DNA of 64,000 nucleotides from a virus (IMGVR_UViG_3300029839_000128), one strand, 5' to 3'. Counted from the first letter of the stretch, positions 8,081 through 18,797 are shown. The notes: a model not told the origin generated them from the sequence alone. A program made the numbers and translations.

Positions 8081-10002
8081 TACATGACCTCTTTCTTTGT
8101 CAAAACGTCATACCACTTTCTCTCATTAAACTCCTGCTTGCGAATTTTTTGGTAACTGCTTACGGGAGTATAGAAGCCAACAACGCGAGCATATGTATCT
8201 GCTACCGGTTTGCCGCAGCTGGGACAAGTGCTCGTTCCCATAAAAGCGTGTTTGTCAGCACACACAGAGATTTTCGTCGTGAACGCGAAGTAAATCACAC
8301 CCTGGCTTGCCACATAATTAAGCATATCCCAAGCAGCATCCTCATTCGGGAAGCGGCTTTCAATATCGATATGGGCGATGCAGCCACCGCCACATTTCTT
8401 ATCGAACAGATTTCCAAGCCGGCACTTTTCCTGGATCGTGCATTTCTCCATGAGCGGAATCCACTGATTGCTGTAGATAAAATACTTGTTCTGCTCGAAC
8501 AAAAGATTGTCTGCTGCACAAATGACACCGGCACAATTTTCAGCAGGAATCATCTCCAGATTGAATGTGAAATCACACTCAAAGTTGTCCTTTACATCAT
8601 TGATCGTGTCCAAAATTTCAGTGGCGAACTCCACGGCCTCATCGGAATACGACTTGTTACCCATTTCGTCCTCATTGATCAGACCGAACAGATCCATAAC
8701 CTCATACATACCGATGCCACCAATCGTACAGAACTGCTTATCCAGTTCCACAGCTCCATCCTGATAGTTCGGCAGAAGCCCTTTTTCAATGTTGCGCTTG
8801 ATTACATGACGCATAGAGAACAAAGCCTTACAATCAAGCAGCACGCGGTCTTTGAGGATATCGATATATTTCTTCTTGTTGAGCTTGCTTTCATAAGCAA
8901 TTCGTACCAGGTTAATGGTGCTCACGCGGCAAGAACCTACGCTCAGAGCAGTACCGCCGATAGAATTGATAAAGGCATCCAGCTTTTTTGTATCGCTAAG
9001 CAGTCGGCAACAGTTGCTCAAAATACCAATATTGTCACTGACAAAGAAGTTGGAATCAGACCACTTGATGTTATGATTGCTGCACCAACGAGCAAACTTT
9101 TCGTCCTGGAACTTTCCGTCTTTATAGTAGAGAGAGTATGTCAATACCGGGTAGGTGAACATATTTTCCTCGCGGATTTCACTCACAACCTCCATAAAGA
9201 CCTTCTGGAACTCAACCAAGTCTTCAATATGGTCAATAGCAAGCTGTCCATCTGGGAACTCAACGCCACCAAACAAAGACTCCAGATACGGACGATCAAA
9301 AATTGATACGTTGGTGAAAGCGCTCTGATCGATACGAAGGAAGGGCTGGTTCAAGCGATAGATAAACTTCTGGAACTGTTGACGAGCATAGTAGTTTGGA
9401 TCTTTCATGTAATATCCGCCATCTACATCTTTCTTCCAGAAATACCAAGCCCAAATCAAAACATTGGGGAGTCCAACCGCGCCAGACTGACGATTAGAAA
9501 GGAAGGAAACAAACTCAATCACATCATCAAAGTAGGTAGTAAGGTGCTTCGGTGCCTGATGGTTATAATGATCGAGAAAGAAAAGTCCTTCTGTTGCCAG
9601 CCTTGTCAAATCATTTGCCCAACAATAGGGGAAATAGCTCGCGGTTGTGCTGTCATTCAAATAGAATCCCTTACTGAACTCCTGCTCCAGCCACTGTTTT
9701 GCTGTGCGCAAACCCCACTGCTTCTTAATGGTGAGAAAAATTTTGTTCAGCGCAAACAGCTTGTCTTCGCTCTTTCCTTTTTCTGTCATAAAGCTTCTGA
9801 TATCTTTATGGTTTGCATTTGCATTAGGATCAATCGAGGCATCAGCCAGAGTGTCTTTATCAACGAAATTGTCGATAAATTCGGAAAAATCAAGCTGACT
9901 GGGATGCAGCCCGTTAATATACTCAAAGTCCTCGCCGTACCGCTTCTTCAAATCTTCAAAACAACGCTCGAAGTCTTTTGACAGTTTTAGAGTAATCTCC
10001 AT
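8080..10002 (-). CDS. nrdD: anaerobic ribonucleoside-triphosphate reductase (class III RNR)
   Basis: 640 aa. C-terminal Zn ribbon CPSCGKP plus glycyl-radical motif RVVGFYTP (C-terminal Zn ribbon plus glycyl-radical motif, typical of class III RNR). Confidence 0.85.
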   Translation of the reverse strand: MEITLKLSKDFERCFEDLKKRYGEDFEYINGLHPSQLDFSEFIDNFVDKDTLADASIDPNANANHKDIRSFMTEKGKSEDKLFALNKIFLTIKKQWGLRTAKQWLEQEFSKGFYLNDSTTASYFPYCWANDLTRLATEGLFFLDHYNHQAPKHLTTYFDDVIEFVSFLSNRQSGAVGLPNVLIWAWYFWKKDVDGGYYMKDPNYYARQQFQKFIYRLNQPFLRIDQSAFTNVSIFDRPYLESLFGGVEFPDGQLAIDHIEDLVEFQKVFMEVVSEIREENMFTYPVLTYSLYYKDGKFQDEKFARWCSNHNIKWSDSNFFVSDNIGILSNCCRLLSDTKKLDAFINSIGGTALSVGSCRVSTINLVRIAYESKLNKKKYIDILKDRVLLDCKALFSMRHVIKRNIEKGLLPNYQDGAVELDKQFCTIGGIGMYEVMDLFGLINEDEMGNKSYSDEAVEFATEILDTINDVKDNFECDFTFNLEMIPAENCAGVICAADNLLFEQNKYFIYSNQWIPLMEKCTIQEKCRLGNLFDKKCGGGCIAHIDIESRFPNEDAAWDMLNYVASQGVIYFAFTTKISVCADKHAFMGTSTCPSCGKPVADTYARVVGFYTPVSSYQKIRKQEFNERKWYDVLTKKEVM

Positions 10003-10003
10003 C

Positions 10004-10225
10004 TTACCGCTCCTTTTGTTCGTTAATCCATTTCACCGCTTCGGGAAACTCCATCAACACATTGTTACAGCCAAGAACGGGAACTTGTGTAATCCCCATG
10101 GACAGCATGGTGTCAACCGAAGTTTCTTCCGTGTAGGGAATGTTCTTTTCCGTGAGTTTTTTCTTCAAAATACCGCACTTAGGACACCCCGTAGAATAAA
10201 GAATGACCGACAAATCTTTACCCAT
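10004..10225 (-). CDS. glutaredoxin/NrdH-like redoxin
   Basis: 73 aa. CPKC active-site motif near the N-terminus. Located beside nrdD. Confidence 0.65.
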   Translation of the reverse strand: MGKDLSVILYSTGCPKCGILKKKLTEKNIPYTEETSVDTMLSMGITQVPVLGCNNVLMEFPEAVKWINEQKER

Positions 10226-10787
10226 GATTACCCTCCTTTTCTTGTTTGATCTTCTGAATTACATTAAAGATCTCATCCCAAGAGTTCACTCTTACCGCTC
10301 CAATCGCCTGTTCGTTAAACGAGCGATTATGTGGACGGTCAAACAAAATTTTGAAATAGTCTCCTCCTACAAGATTGTGCGGGCCATCGTCGATCAGAAT
10401 GTCGCCTTTTACCAACTGTTTGTTACTGGTGATGATAATATGATGGGCGTCCAGGAAGGGGAACAGCGCCAAGATACGATCAAATTTTGCCTTACAGGTG
10501 CGATAATCGGTGGCAGTAACCATGTAAAGCTGGTGCCCCTCGTCATAGAGTTGCTGAAGAATACGCTGACTGCCGGGGAGCGGATCAAGCCGCTCCCACA
10601 AGGCATCCATCTGAAGAACCCCGTAAACCTGTTCTTTTGTCAATTCGGGGAAAGCCATAGAAACATCCCACTGCTTTACGTCATCGATAGTAACGGTGGT
10701 ACCGTAACGCTCGTTCAGCATATCTACCCAGCAATTCAGCAGGTTCTCAGCAGTGTCGTCGGCGTCAAACAGAATTGTCAACGGCAT
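10218..10787 (-). CDS. HAD-family 5'(3')-deoxyribonucleotidase
   Basis: ILFDADDT (DxDxT motif I), YMVTAT (motif II), LIDDGPHN (motif IV). Likely start MPLTILF at 10787 (track ORF extends to 10835). Confidence 0.65.
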   Translation of the reverse strand: MPLTILFDADDTAENLLNCWVDMLNERYGTTVTIDDVKQWDVSMAFPELTKEQVYGVLQMDALWERLDPLPGSQRILQQLYDEGHQLYMVTATDYRTCKAKFDRILALFPFLDAHHIIITSNKQLVKGDILIDDGPHNLVGGDYFKILFDRPHNRSFNEQAIGAVRVNSWDEIFNVIQKIKQEKEGNHG

Positions 10788-11334
10788 TGTGCTTTTCCTC
10801 CATTTTCTTGTCCAAAACTTCGAGTACCATATCAATACCCAGCAAGAGATCCATCAGATCACCGTTATTGACAATGGTAAAGTCGTAGGGATAATTGTCC
10901 AGAGCCGTTTCGGAGCGGTGCGCCTGCTGCTCCGGGGTCAGAGGAGAAATAAATCCGGGGCGCTCCACTCGTACCAGCACAGCGTCAAAACCGTAGTGGA
11001 GGAAGATTTCGTACTCGTTGGGAAAACGACAGTCTGGAATCAGCACATAATCCCATTCATCCTTGAAGATAGTAAGGATATTAACGATGAAGTCCACCCA
11101 GTAGTCCGGGGAAACAGCGCGGATCTTATCAGTACCTACATACTGCAGAAGTGTTCTGCCGCGCTCATCCTTCTGACCATCCCATCCAAAAAAAGTCTTG
11201 CAGATGTACTTAACCAGATCACCAAAATGAGCAATCAAAACGCGCTGCCCCTTATCCTCCAGGGCTTGCTTCATAAAGCTGGCAGTTGTGTCTTTGCCAT
11301 TCTGAGCTTTACCTGAGATACAGATTACTTTCAT
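10765..11334 (-). CDS. deoxynucleoside monophosphate kinase (T4 gp1-like)
   Basis: P-loop ISGKAQNGKDT at the N-terminus. 189 aa. Nucleotide-metabolism neighbourhood. Confidence 0.6.
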   Translation of the reverse strand: MKVICISGKAQNGKDTTASFMKQALEDKGQRVLIAHFGDLVKYICKTFFGWDGQKDERGRTLLQYVGTDKIRAVSPDYWVDFIVNILTIFKDEWDYVLIPDCRFPNEYEIFLHYGFDAVLVRVERPGFISPLTPEQQAHRSETALDNYPYDFTIVNNGDLMDLLLGIDMVLEVLDKKMEEKHNAVDNSV

Positions 11335-11996
11335 ACCGTCACCTCAATATCATCAAAGAAAACGGGAATTTTTGCTTTGAACTCAGCCAGCAGCGGATTG
11401 GCAATCTCGCGCATCTGAGGATGTGCTGCAACAGGTGTACGCAGCTTAAAGAAGTGACGCCATTCACGCATATTCATGGTGATGCAGATCTCGGTTTTGG
11501 TAGAATTATTCAGAACAGAGCGAGCAATCTGAGGAGACGCGCCCAACTCAATCATCTTGTTATAGTGCAGCTCAGCATCCTCACAAGCCAACAACCACTC
11601 GTTGTAGATTGCCATAAAGGTTTCGGCGTCCAGGTTCTTGGTTTTGGGATCAATCTCCATACCACCGCGAAGGTCGATGTAGGTGATTTCGCTACCAAAT
11701 TTCTCGTTGGAGTAGTTGCAATAGCGGGTACTCTCCTGGGCGTAGCTGGCGATGCGATGGCGGACTTCTTCATGGGAAACACCGCGATCATTGATCAGAC
11801 GAACGGTAATGTTGTAGTGCTCAATAACAGCCTCGTGTCCGCGTTTGATGATGCCGGCGACAAAACTGCGGCAAGAGTCTTCAGTGATTTTGTCTTCGCT
11901 TTTGTAGCAGGTACGACCGACTGCTTCAATAGTCTTCAAGATCTGTTCAGGGTCAATGGGCGTGATGATCTGGAAGCTTGGTTTGATAATTTTCAT
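11331..11996 (-). CDS. thyX: FAD-dependent thymidylate synthase
   Basis: ThyX signature RHRIASYAQESTRY (RHRxxSxxxxSxR). Start preceded by AAGGAGTG RBS and the leader motif. Confidence 0.85.
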   Translation of the reverse strand: MKIIKPSFQIITPIDPEQILKTIEAVGRTCYKSEDKITEDSCRSFVAGIIKRGHEAVIEHYNITVRLINDRGVSHEEVRHRIASYAQESTRYCNYSNEKFGSEITYIDLRGGMEIDPKTKNLDAETFMAIYNEWLLACEDAELHYNKMIELGASPQIARSVLNNSTKTEICITMNMREWRHFFKLRTPVAAHPQMREIANPLLAEFKAKIPVFFDDIEVTV

Positions 11997-12035
11997 GTAA
12001 CCACTCCTTGCAATAATTTAATGAGTTGCTATGAA

Positions 12036-12647
12036 TTAGTGATAAGTCCTGAAGACATGACCACCAATCGTACAGTAATAAGTGCCGTAGGTCAAACTAC
12101 CAGTAGAAAAATACACTACGTCGGTATTTAGATCCAAAGCAGGATATCCGGCCAGGGCTTCTTCGACAGCATCCATTTGTTCTTCGGTATAGATGTTTCC
12201 TACGGCAAATTGAGAGGGAGCGAGAAGAATTTCAGAAAGAGTACCGGAGTATGCCTCGTGCATATAGCGGTTCAAAGCAACCTGAATTACGGCGACCTGC
12301 CCCTCGAAAGATTCTCCTCGCGCCTCGCTGTATGCCATACAAGCAAGCAGCTCTTTTTCCTCAAAGGTCAAATTTAGGGCAGCATACGGATGATCGGGAG
12401 CAACATCCTCTTCTGGTAGTGTTTCTGTTGTAACAGCACCAGTTTCCTCCGGTTCAGCTTCAACTCCATCAGGATTTGGGCTGTAATACACCAGAGCGCT
12501 TTCCAGCACAGCGGTGGAGTTCTGCTCGTCAGGGGTGCTCTCATTTGCAGAAATGGCGGGGATAACTCCAAGTGTTAAGCAAACAAGAATAATCATAAGT
12601 GCAGCGACAACCATTGCGGCAAGTCTCTGCCGTTTTCTTCTTCTCAT
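12036..12647 (-). CDS. cell-wall hydrolase, SleB/Hydrolase_2 family, with N-terminal transmembrane anchor
   Basis: ACMAYSEARGESFEGQVAVIQVALNRY matches the SleB-type hydrolase core. N-terminal hydrophobic segment. Confidence 0.6.
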   Translation of the reverse strand: MRRRKRQRLAAMVVAALMIILVCLTLGVIPAISANESTPDEQNSTAVLESALVYYSPNPDGVEAEPEETGAVTTETLPEEDVAPDHPYAALNLTFEEKELLACMAYSEARGESFEGQVAVIQVALNRYMHEAYSGTLSEILLAPSQFAVGNIYTEEQMDAVEEALAGYPALDLNTDVVYFSTGSLTYGTYYCTIGGHVFRTYH

Positions 12648-12661
12648 TTCGGGTGTTCCTC

Positions 12662-15600
12662 CTAAATCACATAGTCATATCCAACCAAATACCAATAGCC
12701 AGAACGCTCTTTCTGCACATCCGACGCAAAAATTACATCAAAGCGTTTGATCGGCTTTTTGTCGTAAATCCGGCTGCGTAAAGTCAGCCTGGAAGTTTTA
12801 CCGCTACCGATAGAACGTGTCTGAATGGCATATCCCCAAATAGAATTGTCTTTTTTACTTTTCAGCGGAAATACATCCATGACAATCAGCTTTCGCCGAT
12901 CTTCTGGTTTGTTGGTAGTAAGATCGATATAGCCCAAATTTTCAAGCTGTGTCTGCATTTTGATTTTTAGATCAAAATCCGGGATATTCATTTCCCGCAC
13001 CAGCTGCTCACAATGATGAAGCAGTCCCGGCATATCGGTAAAGGTATAACTCTTAGCCTGAGCGCCACCCTTTGCGACATCGGTGGCGTGTTGGGCAACG
13101 ATAGCCTCCAATTCGGGATTGAGCTTATCCTTTGCGATCTTCTTCATGGTTCCATTTTTGAAAAAGGTAAAAAACTCTACCATCCGCAACAGCTCTTTTG
13201 AGTTGCCGTATTCAGCAAAGTAGTCGATCTTAATAAGGATATCGCGCTGACGAGTATCCAGATGGGTTTTTTCACTCATTGCCATCAACAGATCCATAAA
13301 GGTTTCCGGTTTTCCAGCTTCAGCAAGGGCATACAGTTCATTGGCAACATCCCGGTTCAAAAACTTGACAGAGCTGATGCCTTTTGCGATAACTTGCTCG
13401 GCCTTGTTAAACAGATATTTGTCCTTGGAGATCCCGAAACGAGGAGGGACAATCTGAATACCGTAAAGCGTTGCCAGTTCGTTACCGCTTTTCACATCAT
13501 CTTCACCATTGGCGTTGTTTAGATAAGCGGTAATAAATTCATATGGGTGGTAGTATCGCAGATAAGCACAGAGATAGCCAATCATGCAATAGCCAATAGA
13601 ATGGTTGTATCCAAACATATAGCTGGAGGCATCCTGAATAATTTGTAGGAACTCTTTTGCCTCCTGCTCCGCAACATCACGGGGCTGAGGAGATTTAGAA
13701 CAGTAGCCCTCCAGAATATCAGGCAGTGCTTTTTTCAAACGCTCTTCATCTTTTCGACCGATAGCACGACGAGTATTGTCGGCGTCGGAACCAGTAAAGC
13801 CACAAATTTGCTGCAAGAACTTGATAACATCTTCCTGATAAATCAGGTATCCATTGTTGTCTTTCAGTAGATCATCGATAATAGGCGACGGATTTTTATG
13901 CGGTTTGTGCTGCATCAAATCGTCACGATAGGAAGCACCAGAAGGACGAAGAGCAGCAGTAATCAGACTCATATCAAAAATACTGTGCGGCTCATACTGT
14001 CGGAGCATAGAGAAAGCAAACTCACCTTCAAACTGGAAAATACCTACTGGGGAACGAAGCATATCTTTCCAGACTGCCTCATCTGTCCAGTTAATTTCGT
14101 GAGATTTAGGATAAGGCTTACCGATCAGGGCGTAAGCATCCTTGACGATCTCGATATTTTTGAGACCAAGAATGTCATACTTGACTAAGCTGACTTCGTG
14201 GACGCACTCCATATCAATCTGAAGGATTACTTTACCATCAGAATAAAATGTGCCATAGTTATCAGCTAAAGTAATCGGGCTTGCTACAATGCCTGCGGGG
14301 TGCATAGACTGAGAAATTGCCACATCCAACAGACCATCGTAGTAATAAAATACTTCGGGATACTTCTCACGAGCCTTAGCTTCGTTTGCCTCAAACTCTT
14401 TTTTGATCTGAGCGCTCACTTTGCCGGCCCAGGGGTTCTTGGCAAAAATCTTTTCATTTTCCTCTTTGAGTTTTGTGTACTCTTTGGTAAACTGGCGAAT
14501 CAGCTCAGCACGAGGAATATCCTTCATGTGGTCGGAGAAAATAAGATTGCCGTATTCGTCAAAGAAGTATAAGCCAAACCCGTCTCGCACATCTCCAAAG
14601 ACAATTTCTACATTCTCATCCTTCAGCTGCGCCATAACACGACGAAACTCTTTTTCGTCCCGCTGATGCTCACGGTTCCAGCGTAGCGCCAGAGCGCGGC
14701 AAATCTCGTCGATACAACCTTTAGATTTGATAGTGCCGATCGCCAGGATAAAAGCGGTATTCTTTTGACCAAAACGGTTGATAATGTACTCGTAGACTTT
14801 ATCTCGATCCGAAGGAGAAACATCAATATCAATGTCTCCGATTTCTTTTCTATCCTCGTTACAGAAACGAGAAAAAACCGTATGCCAGGTCTCAGGATTC
14901 AGATCGGTAATGTTAGTGACATAAGCCACACGAGATCCGCCACAGGAACCACGATTAAAACCAATAGGAATACCGTTCTCTTTGCACCAAGTCACCAGCT
15001 CAGACATGAAAAGCATAAAACCCGACATTTCAATCTTGTCGAAAACGCGCAACTCTTCTTTTATGGAAGAGTGGAAGTTTTCAATCTGGTCGGGAGTAAT
15101 AGCGCCCTCCGAAATTTTGCTATCCAAATTCCGGGCGATCGTTTTGCGCAGCATTTCCGGGTCTTTATCGCCATACAGAAGCGGATATTTGAAAGACAAA
15201 TCCAGGTCGAACGGCTCCACAGATGCCGCCATACGGTTGGTATTCTCAATAGCCTCCAGATAAAGAGCCTCCGGGAGAGCATTCTGTATGGCAAACATTT
15301 CTACAAGCTCTCCATAGGATTTATAGGAAAGATCGAAGCTATCCTCATCCTCAAATTCAATGTGCTTTGCCAACTGCATAATGCTTCGGCACTCGGCTTT
15401 ATAAGGATTGAGACTATGGGTATCAGTGCCGGCAATCAACGGAATGTGATAGCGTTTGGACATATCAGCCAAGTGTTGGTTGAATGCTACCTGCTGGGGA
15501 TGGTCGTGGGGCTGAATCTCCAGATAGTCATAGTGTTTAATCAGTCGCTCATACATGGGATGCGTAATCTCCATACGGTTAAGTGGAGAGGCCAAACAAG

Positions 15601-16027
15601 CGCTAATTTTGATTACATTTCCAGAAAGGCCCAAGAACTCATCAAAAGAAATGCGGGGTTTGTAGTAGAAGTGATCGTCCCGGCTGGAAAGACTAATCAG
15701 TTCGTTCATCTCCATCAGGCCGGCATAGTTCTTAGCGATCAAAATGGTATGGTAGTTGTCTCTGATCTTGGTTTGCTCTCCAGTCTGTCTGTCAGTATGG
15801 AGAAGTTTTTCGGTTAGATAGACTTCGCAACCGTGAAGATATTTCAAACCGGCTTTATCGCAAGCTATCTTTTTTTCTACCCATTGAAAAATGTTGCCAT
15901 GTTCGGTGAAAGCGATTGCGGTCTGTCCTAACTCTACAGCACGAGCGATATAATCGCCAAACTTAGTCGCACTGTCCAGTAAGGACAACTCAGTGTGGAC
16001 ATGATATGCAGTGTAGTTCCTATCCAC
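12662..16027 (-). CDS. DNA polymerase III alpha subunit (DnaE/PolC-type replicative polymerase with PHP domain)
   Basis: 1121 aa. N-terminal PHP motif YHVHTELSLLDS...AFTEHGN. Overall DnaE-like architecture. Confidence 0.85.
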   Translation of the reverse strand: MDRNYTAYHVHTELSLLDSATKFGDYIARAVELGQTAIAFTEHGNIFQWVEKKIACDKAGLKYLHGCEVYLTEKLLHTDRQTGEQTKIRDNYHTILIAKNYAGLMEMNELISLSSRDDHFYYKPRISFDEFLGLSGNVIKISACLASPLNRMEITHPMYERLIKHYDYLEIQPHDHPQQVAFNQHLADMSKRYHIPLIAGTDTHSLNPYKAECRSIMQLAKHIEFEDEDSFDLSYKSYGELVEMFAIQNALPEALYLEAIENTNRMAASVEPFDLDLSFKYPLLYGDKDPEMLRKTIARNLDSKISEGAITPDQIENFHSSIKEELRVFDKIEMSGFMLFMSELVTWCKENGIPIGFNRGSCGGSRVAYVTNITDLNPETWHTVFSRFCNEDRKEIGDIDIDVSPSDRDKVYEYIINRFGQKNTAFILAIGTIKSKGCIDEICRALALRWNREHQRDEKEFRRVMAQLKDENVEIVFGDVRDGFGLYFFDEYGNLIFSDHMKDIPRAELIRQFTKEYTKLKEENEKIFAKNPWAGKVSAQIKKEFEANEAKAREKYPEVFYYYDGLLDVAISQSMHPAGIVASPITLADNYGTFYSDGKVILQIDMECVHEVSLVKYDILGLKNIEIVKDAYALIGKPYPKSHEINWTDEAVWKDMLRSPVGIFQFEGEFAFSMLRQYEPHSIFDMSLITAALRPSGASYRDDLMQHKPHKNPSPIIDDLLKDNNGYLIYQEDVIKFLQQICGFTGSDADNTRRAIGRKDEERLKKALPDILEGYCSKSPQPRDVAEQEAKEFLQIIQDASSYMFGYNHSIGYCMIGYLCAYLRYYHPYEFITAYLNNANGEDDVKSGNELATLYGIQIVPPRFGISKDKYLFNKAEQVIAKGISSVKFLNRDVANELYALAEAGKPETFMDLLMAMSEKTHLDTRQRDILIKIDYFAEYGNSKELLRMVEFFTFFKNGTMKKIAKDKLNPELEAIVAQHATDVAKGGAQAKSYTFTDMPGLLHHCEQLVREMNIPDFDLKIKMQTQLENLGYIDLTTNKPEDRRKLIVMDVFPLKSKKDNSIWGYAIQTRSIGSGKTSRLTLRSRIYDKKPIKRFDVIFASDVQKERSGYWYLVGYDYVI

Positions 16028-16040
16028 TTTGCTTCACTCC

Positions 16041-17999
16041 TTATTGATTGATTGTTCCAAAGACCTCATCATCTTCTTCGGCTTCAAGAAGTTGCTGCGG
16101 TGGAAACGGCAACGGCGTCTTATAGGGGGTCTTATCCCATTTGTAGCGGTAGTCAAGCTCCGCCTCAGTGGTAAAGAAGCGCTTGGAGGGACGATCATAA
16201 AAGACTTCTATACTACGGCTTTCGTAACCGGTGAGACGGTCTTTTAGGATATCGATAATCACATCCGCCTTGATGGGTTTAACACGCCACCCACTACCAT
16301 TGAGTTTTGGTTCACCCTGTTTGTCTTTTTCCTGAACACGGTAAAGACTAATAATGCGGTGCGCAAGATCAATAATTGCGGAAATGCCCTGCACATCCAT
16401 TTTGTTCAGCCGACGCATCATGTCGATCTTATGAGGATGAACTACCAAAATCACAACCACATTGAACTTGACAGCAAAGGCGATCAATTCCATGATCAGC
16501 TCAGCCTGCTTATCATATTTGTTGTTGTCATTACCCTCCAAGTCCATAGCAGTCATATTGTCCAAGATCAACAGCTTTGTGCCGTATTTCCGAACGGAGT
16601 CTTCCATAGACTTGATAATGTCGGTTTTCTTATTAGATTCACCATCCTTACGGATATAGAGTCGGCCACGATAGAACTCGCTGATAGCTTTCTTGGCCTC
16701 CGGCGTCACCTTATAGAAAACGGAATCGTTGAAAGAGCACTCTTTCACATTGCGTTGACCGGCAAAAATGAAGTTCAGCCAGTTCTTAGCCTGGAAATTG
16801 GGAAGCTCACCGGAGAACAGATAGGCGTTCTCACCACGATCCAGGCATTGACAGATTACTTGGTTTAGAAAAGATGATTTACCGCTGCCGTTGATACCGG
16901 TTACGATATTCAGCGTGCCGTAAAAAAGCTTCATCAGATAGCGATCAAGGTTAGGCAGACCGGTGGGAATACCGTCCAGAGCATCAAGGTCAATATCTTC
17001 AATGTCGGAGAAGTCCACGACACCGGGCACCGGAGATTCCTTAGCGTCCAAAATCAGCTCCAGAACTTTTTCCTTTCCGAAGTAGAAAAGCACCTCGTTC
17101 AGATCGTTGATCGCCCGTTTGGTCTGCGTCTTCTCATCGATGTAGAAGTGTGGAACCTCAACAACCTTGGTGCGCCAGCTGCCCAGACGGTAAATACATT
17201 CCTTTTGCATCTTGAGACCGGCCTCATCGTTATCGGAACAGATGATGATAGAGTCAAACTGTTCCAACCACTCCCAATTTTCTTCAATCCAGCCAAAGTT
17301 GGTGCTGCCCAAGGGGACAGATACTGCATTGGTAAAGCCAGCTTCAATCGCTGACAGACAATCTGGTTCGCCCTCGCAGATCAGCAAAGGAACGGTGGCA
17401 TTTACACGATTCATATTGAATAGCAGCGGCGTCGTATCAGCACCTTTCTGACACCAACATTTGTTTTCTCCTTTGTTGACCTTACGGGAAGGACGATACT
17501 TAACCATAGTCAAAACATCATTAGTATCGTAGTAGTTGAAAACAGTATTACCTTCGTCGTCTTGCCGGACATCAGCATAATCGATGGTAGAACGGCTGAT
17601 TTTTCGCCGCTTAAAATAATCGTACACTTTGGTTTTGTCGTCACACACAACCTCTTTGGGATAGTGGTATTGGCGGCGGGTCTTAACGCCCAACTCGCCA
17701 AAAGAGTACGGCATTCCTGCCAGCTCAAAGAGCTTGCGACAAGCCTGGTTATAAGTCATGCCCTTCAGCATAAAAACATCCAGAATATCATAGCTGCGAG
17801 AACAGGCACCAAAACACCGAAAATTGTATGCCTTTTTGTTATAAATAAAAGAGGCGTGGTTTTCTGCATGAAATGGGCAACAACACTTCATGTCGCGCTC
17901 GTCATAATCTGTGATCCCCAGTTCCTCAACAATGATACGGGCGTTTTCATCGCCAAGCTTTTCTTTTGCCCGCATAATCACATCGCGTTCAATCTGCAA
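16041..17999 (-). CDS. bifunctional DNA primase/helicase (zinc-binding CHC2 + TOPRIM + DnaB-like helicase; T7 gp4-like)
   Basis: CPFHAENHASF...CFGAC zinc finger. TOPRIM LLICEGEPD / IIICSDNDEAG. Walker A GINGSGKSSF and Walker B LILDN. Confidence 0.85.
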   Translation of the reverse strand: MQIERDVIMRAKEKLGDENARIIVEELGITDYDERDMKCCCPFHAENHASFIYNKKAYNFRCFGACSRSYDILDVFMLKGMTYNQACRKLFELAGMPYSFGELGVKTRRQYHYPKEVVCDDKTKVYDYFKRRKISRSTIDYADVRQDDEGNTVFNYYDTNDVLTMVKYRPSRKVNKGENKCWCQKGADTTPLLFNMNRVNATVPLLICEGEPDCLSAIEAGFTNAVSVPLGSTNFGWIEENWEWLEQFDSIIICSDNDEAGLKMQKECIYRLGSWRTKVVEVPHFYIDEKTQTKRAINDLNEVLFYFGKEKVLELILDAKESPVPGVVDFSDIEDIDLDALDGIPTGLPNLDRYLMKLFYGTLNIVTGINGSGKSSFLNQVICQCLDRGENAYLFSGELPNFQAKNWLNFIFAGQRNVKECSFNDSVFYKVTPEAKKAISEFYRGRLYIRKDGESNKKTDIIKSMEDSVRKYGTKLLILDNMTAMDLEGNDNNKYDKQAELIMELIAFAVKFNVVVILVVHPHKIDMMRRLNKMDVQGISAIIDLAHRIISLYRVQEKDKQGEPKLNGSGWRVKPIKADVIIDILKDRLTGYESRSIEVFYDRPSKRFFTTEAELDYRYKWDKTPYKTPLPFPPQQLLEAEEDDEVFGTINQ

Positions 18000-18017
18000 T
18001 GATTAAACACCCCTCTC

Positions 18018-18788
18018 TTAAAGTAGATCTTCGTATTCGCAATCCTCAGCTACATCACATAGGTACTTGCAAAACCAAAACTCAAGGTTGGCCGGCCACT
18101 TGCCTTCGGACGTAATCTGCTCAATTAAATTACGCGCCCAATTTTCAACCTCTTGCATCCGCTCCATAGAAAACGGTTCGCAAATCCATGTGTTTGTACG
18201 GAAGCAGTTAAATTCCAGATAGTCTGGATAGCGCCCGTATAAAACGAAAACAGCGTGGGCGTAAATGTAAAGCTGTCTCAAATATTTGTCCAGCTCTATA
18301 TCCGATTGAGTAGGTTTTGAACGGTTCGAGCGGGGTTTTAGCGCTCTTGATTTATGATCGGTAATATAGAGCTTTCCATCTTCATCTTCCGACATCAGAT
18401 CTAAAAAACCAATAAATGGATAACCAGCAAACTCGAAGTGTAATTCACTTTCCACTTCGAGAATTTTCCGAGCAGGGAACGACAGCGTTTTCAAATACTG
18501 CCGCCCCTGCTCCAGATAGCTCGTGTAGATCTTATAGGAAGGAGCTTTCCCTGTAATTTGGTTTTGAAATTGTGTGAGATAATAGGGTACAAGCTCATCT
18601 TTTGCAAGCACTCCAGTCAGATACTTTTGAAGAATAGAGTGCATCAAGCTTCCATACTGCGCGAAAAATTTTGATTGTCCGCGAATACGAAAGATATATC
18701 GTTGCAGCCAAAGGTATGGACAGTCTTCATACGCCGTCAATCGTGAATAGCTCCATTCCATTGACCCGATCATCAAATCGTATCGCAT
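18018..18788 (-). CDS. PD-(D/E)xK nuclease, Cas4/RecB-like with C-terminal Fe-S Cys cluster
   Basis: LYITDHKS (D..DxK) plus Cys at CPYLW and FWFCKYLCDVAEDC. Adjacent to SSB and ERF genes. Confidence 0.65.
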   Translation of the reverse strand: MRYDLMIGSMEWSYSRLTAYEDCPYLWLQRYIFRIRGQSKFFAQYGSLMHSILQKYLTGVLAKDELVPYYLTQFQNQITGKAPSYKIYTSYLEQGRQYLKTLSFPARKILEVESELHFEFAGYPFIGFLDLMSEDEDGKLYITDHKSRALKPRSNRSKPTQSDIELDKYLRQLYIYAHAVFVLYGRYPDYLEFNCFRTNTWICEPFSMERMQEVENWARNLIEQITSEGKWPANLEFWFCKYLCDVAEDCEYEDLL

Positions 18789-18797
18789 AAAGACTCC

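Noticed and set aside
8149-9306. 385-aa plus-strand ORF inside nrdD
   Set aside because: It is antisense to a clearly conserved NrdD coding sequence and is a typical shadow ORF.
13013-15817. Multiple plus-strand ORFs (for example 14765..15817) inside the polymerase gene
   Set aside because: They are shadow ORFs antisense to the PolIII-alpha gene.
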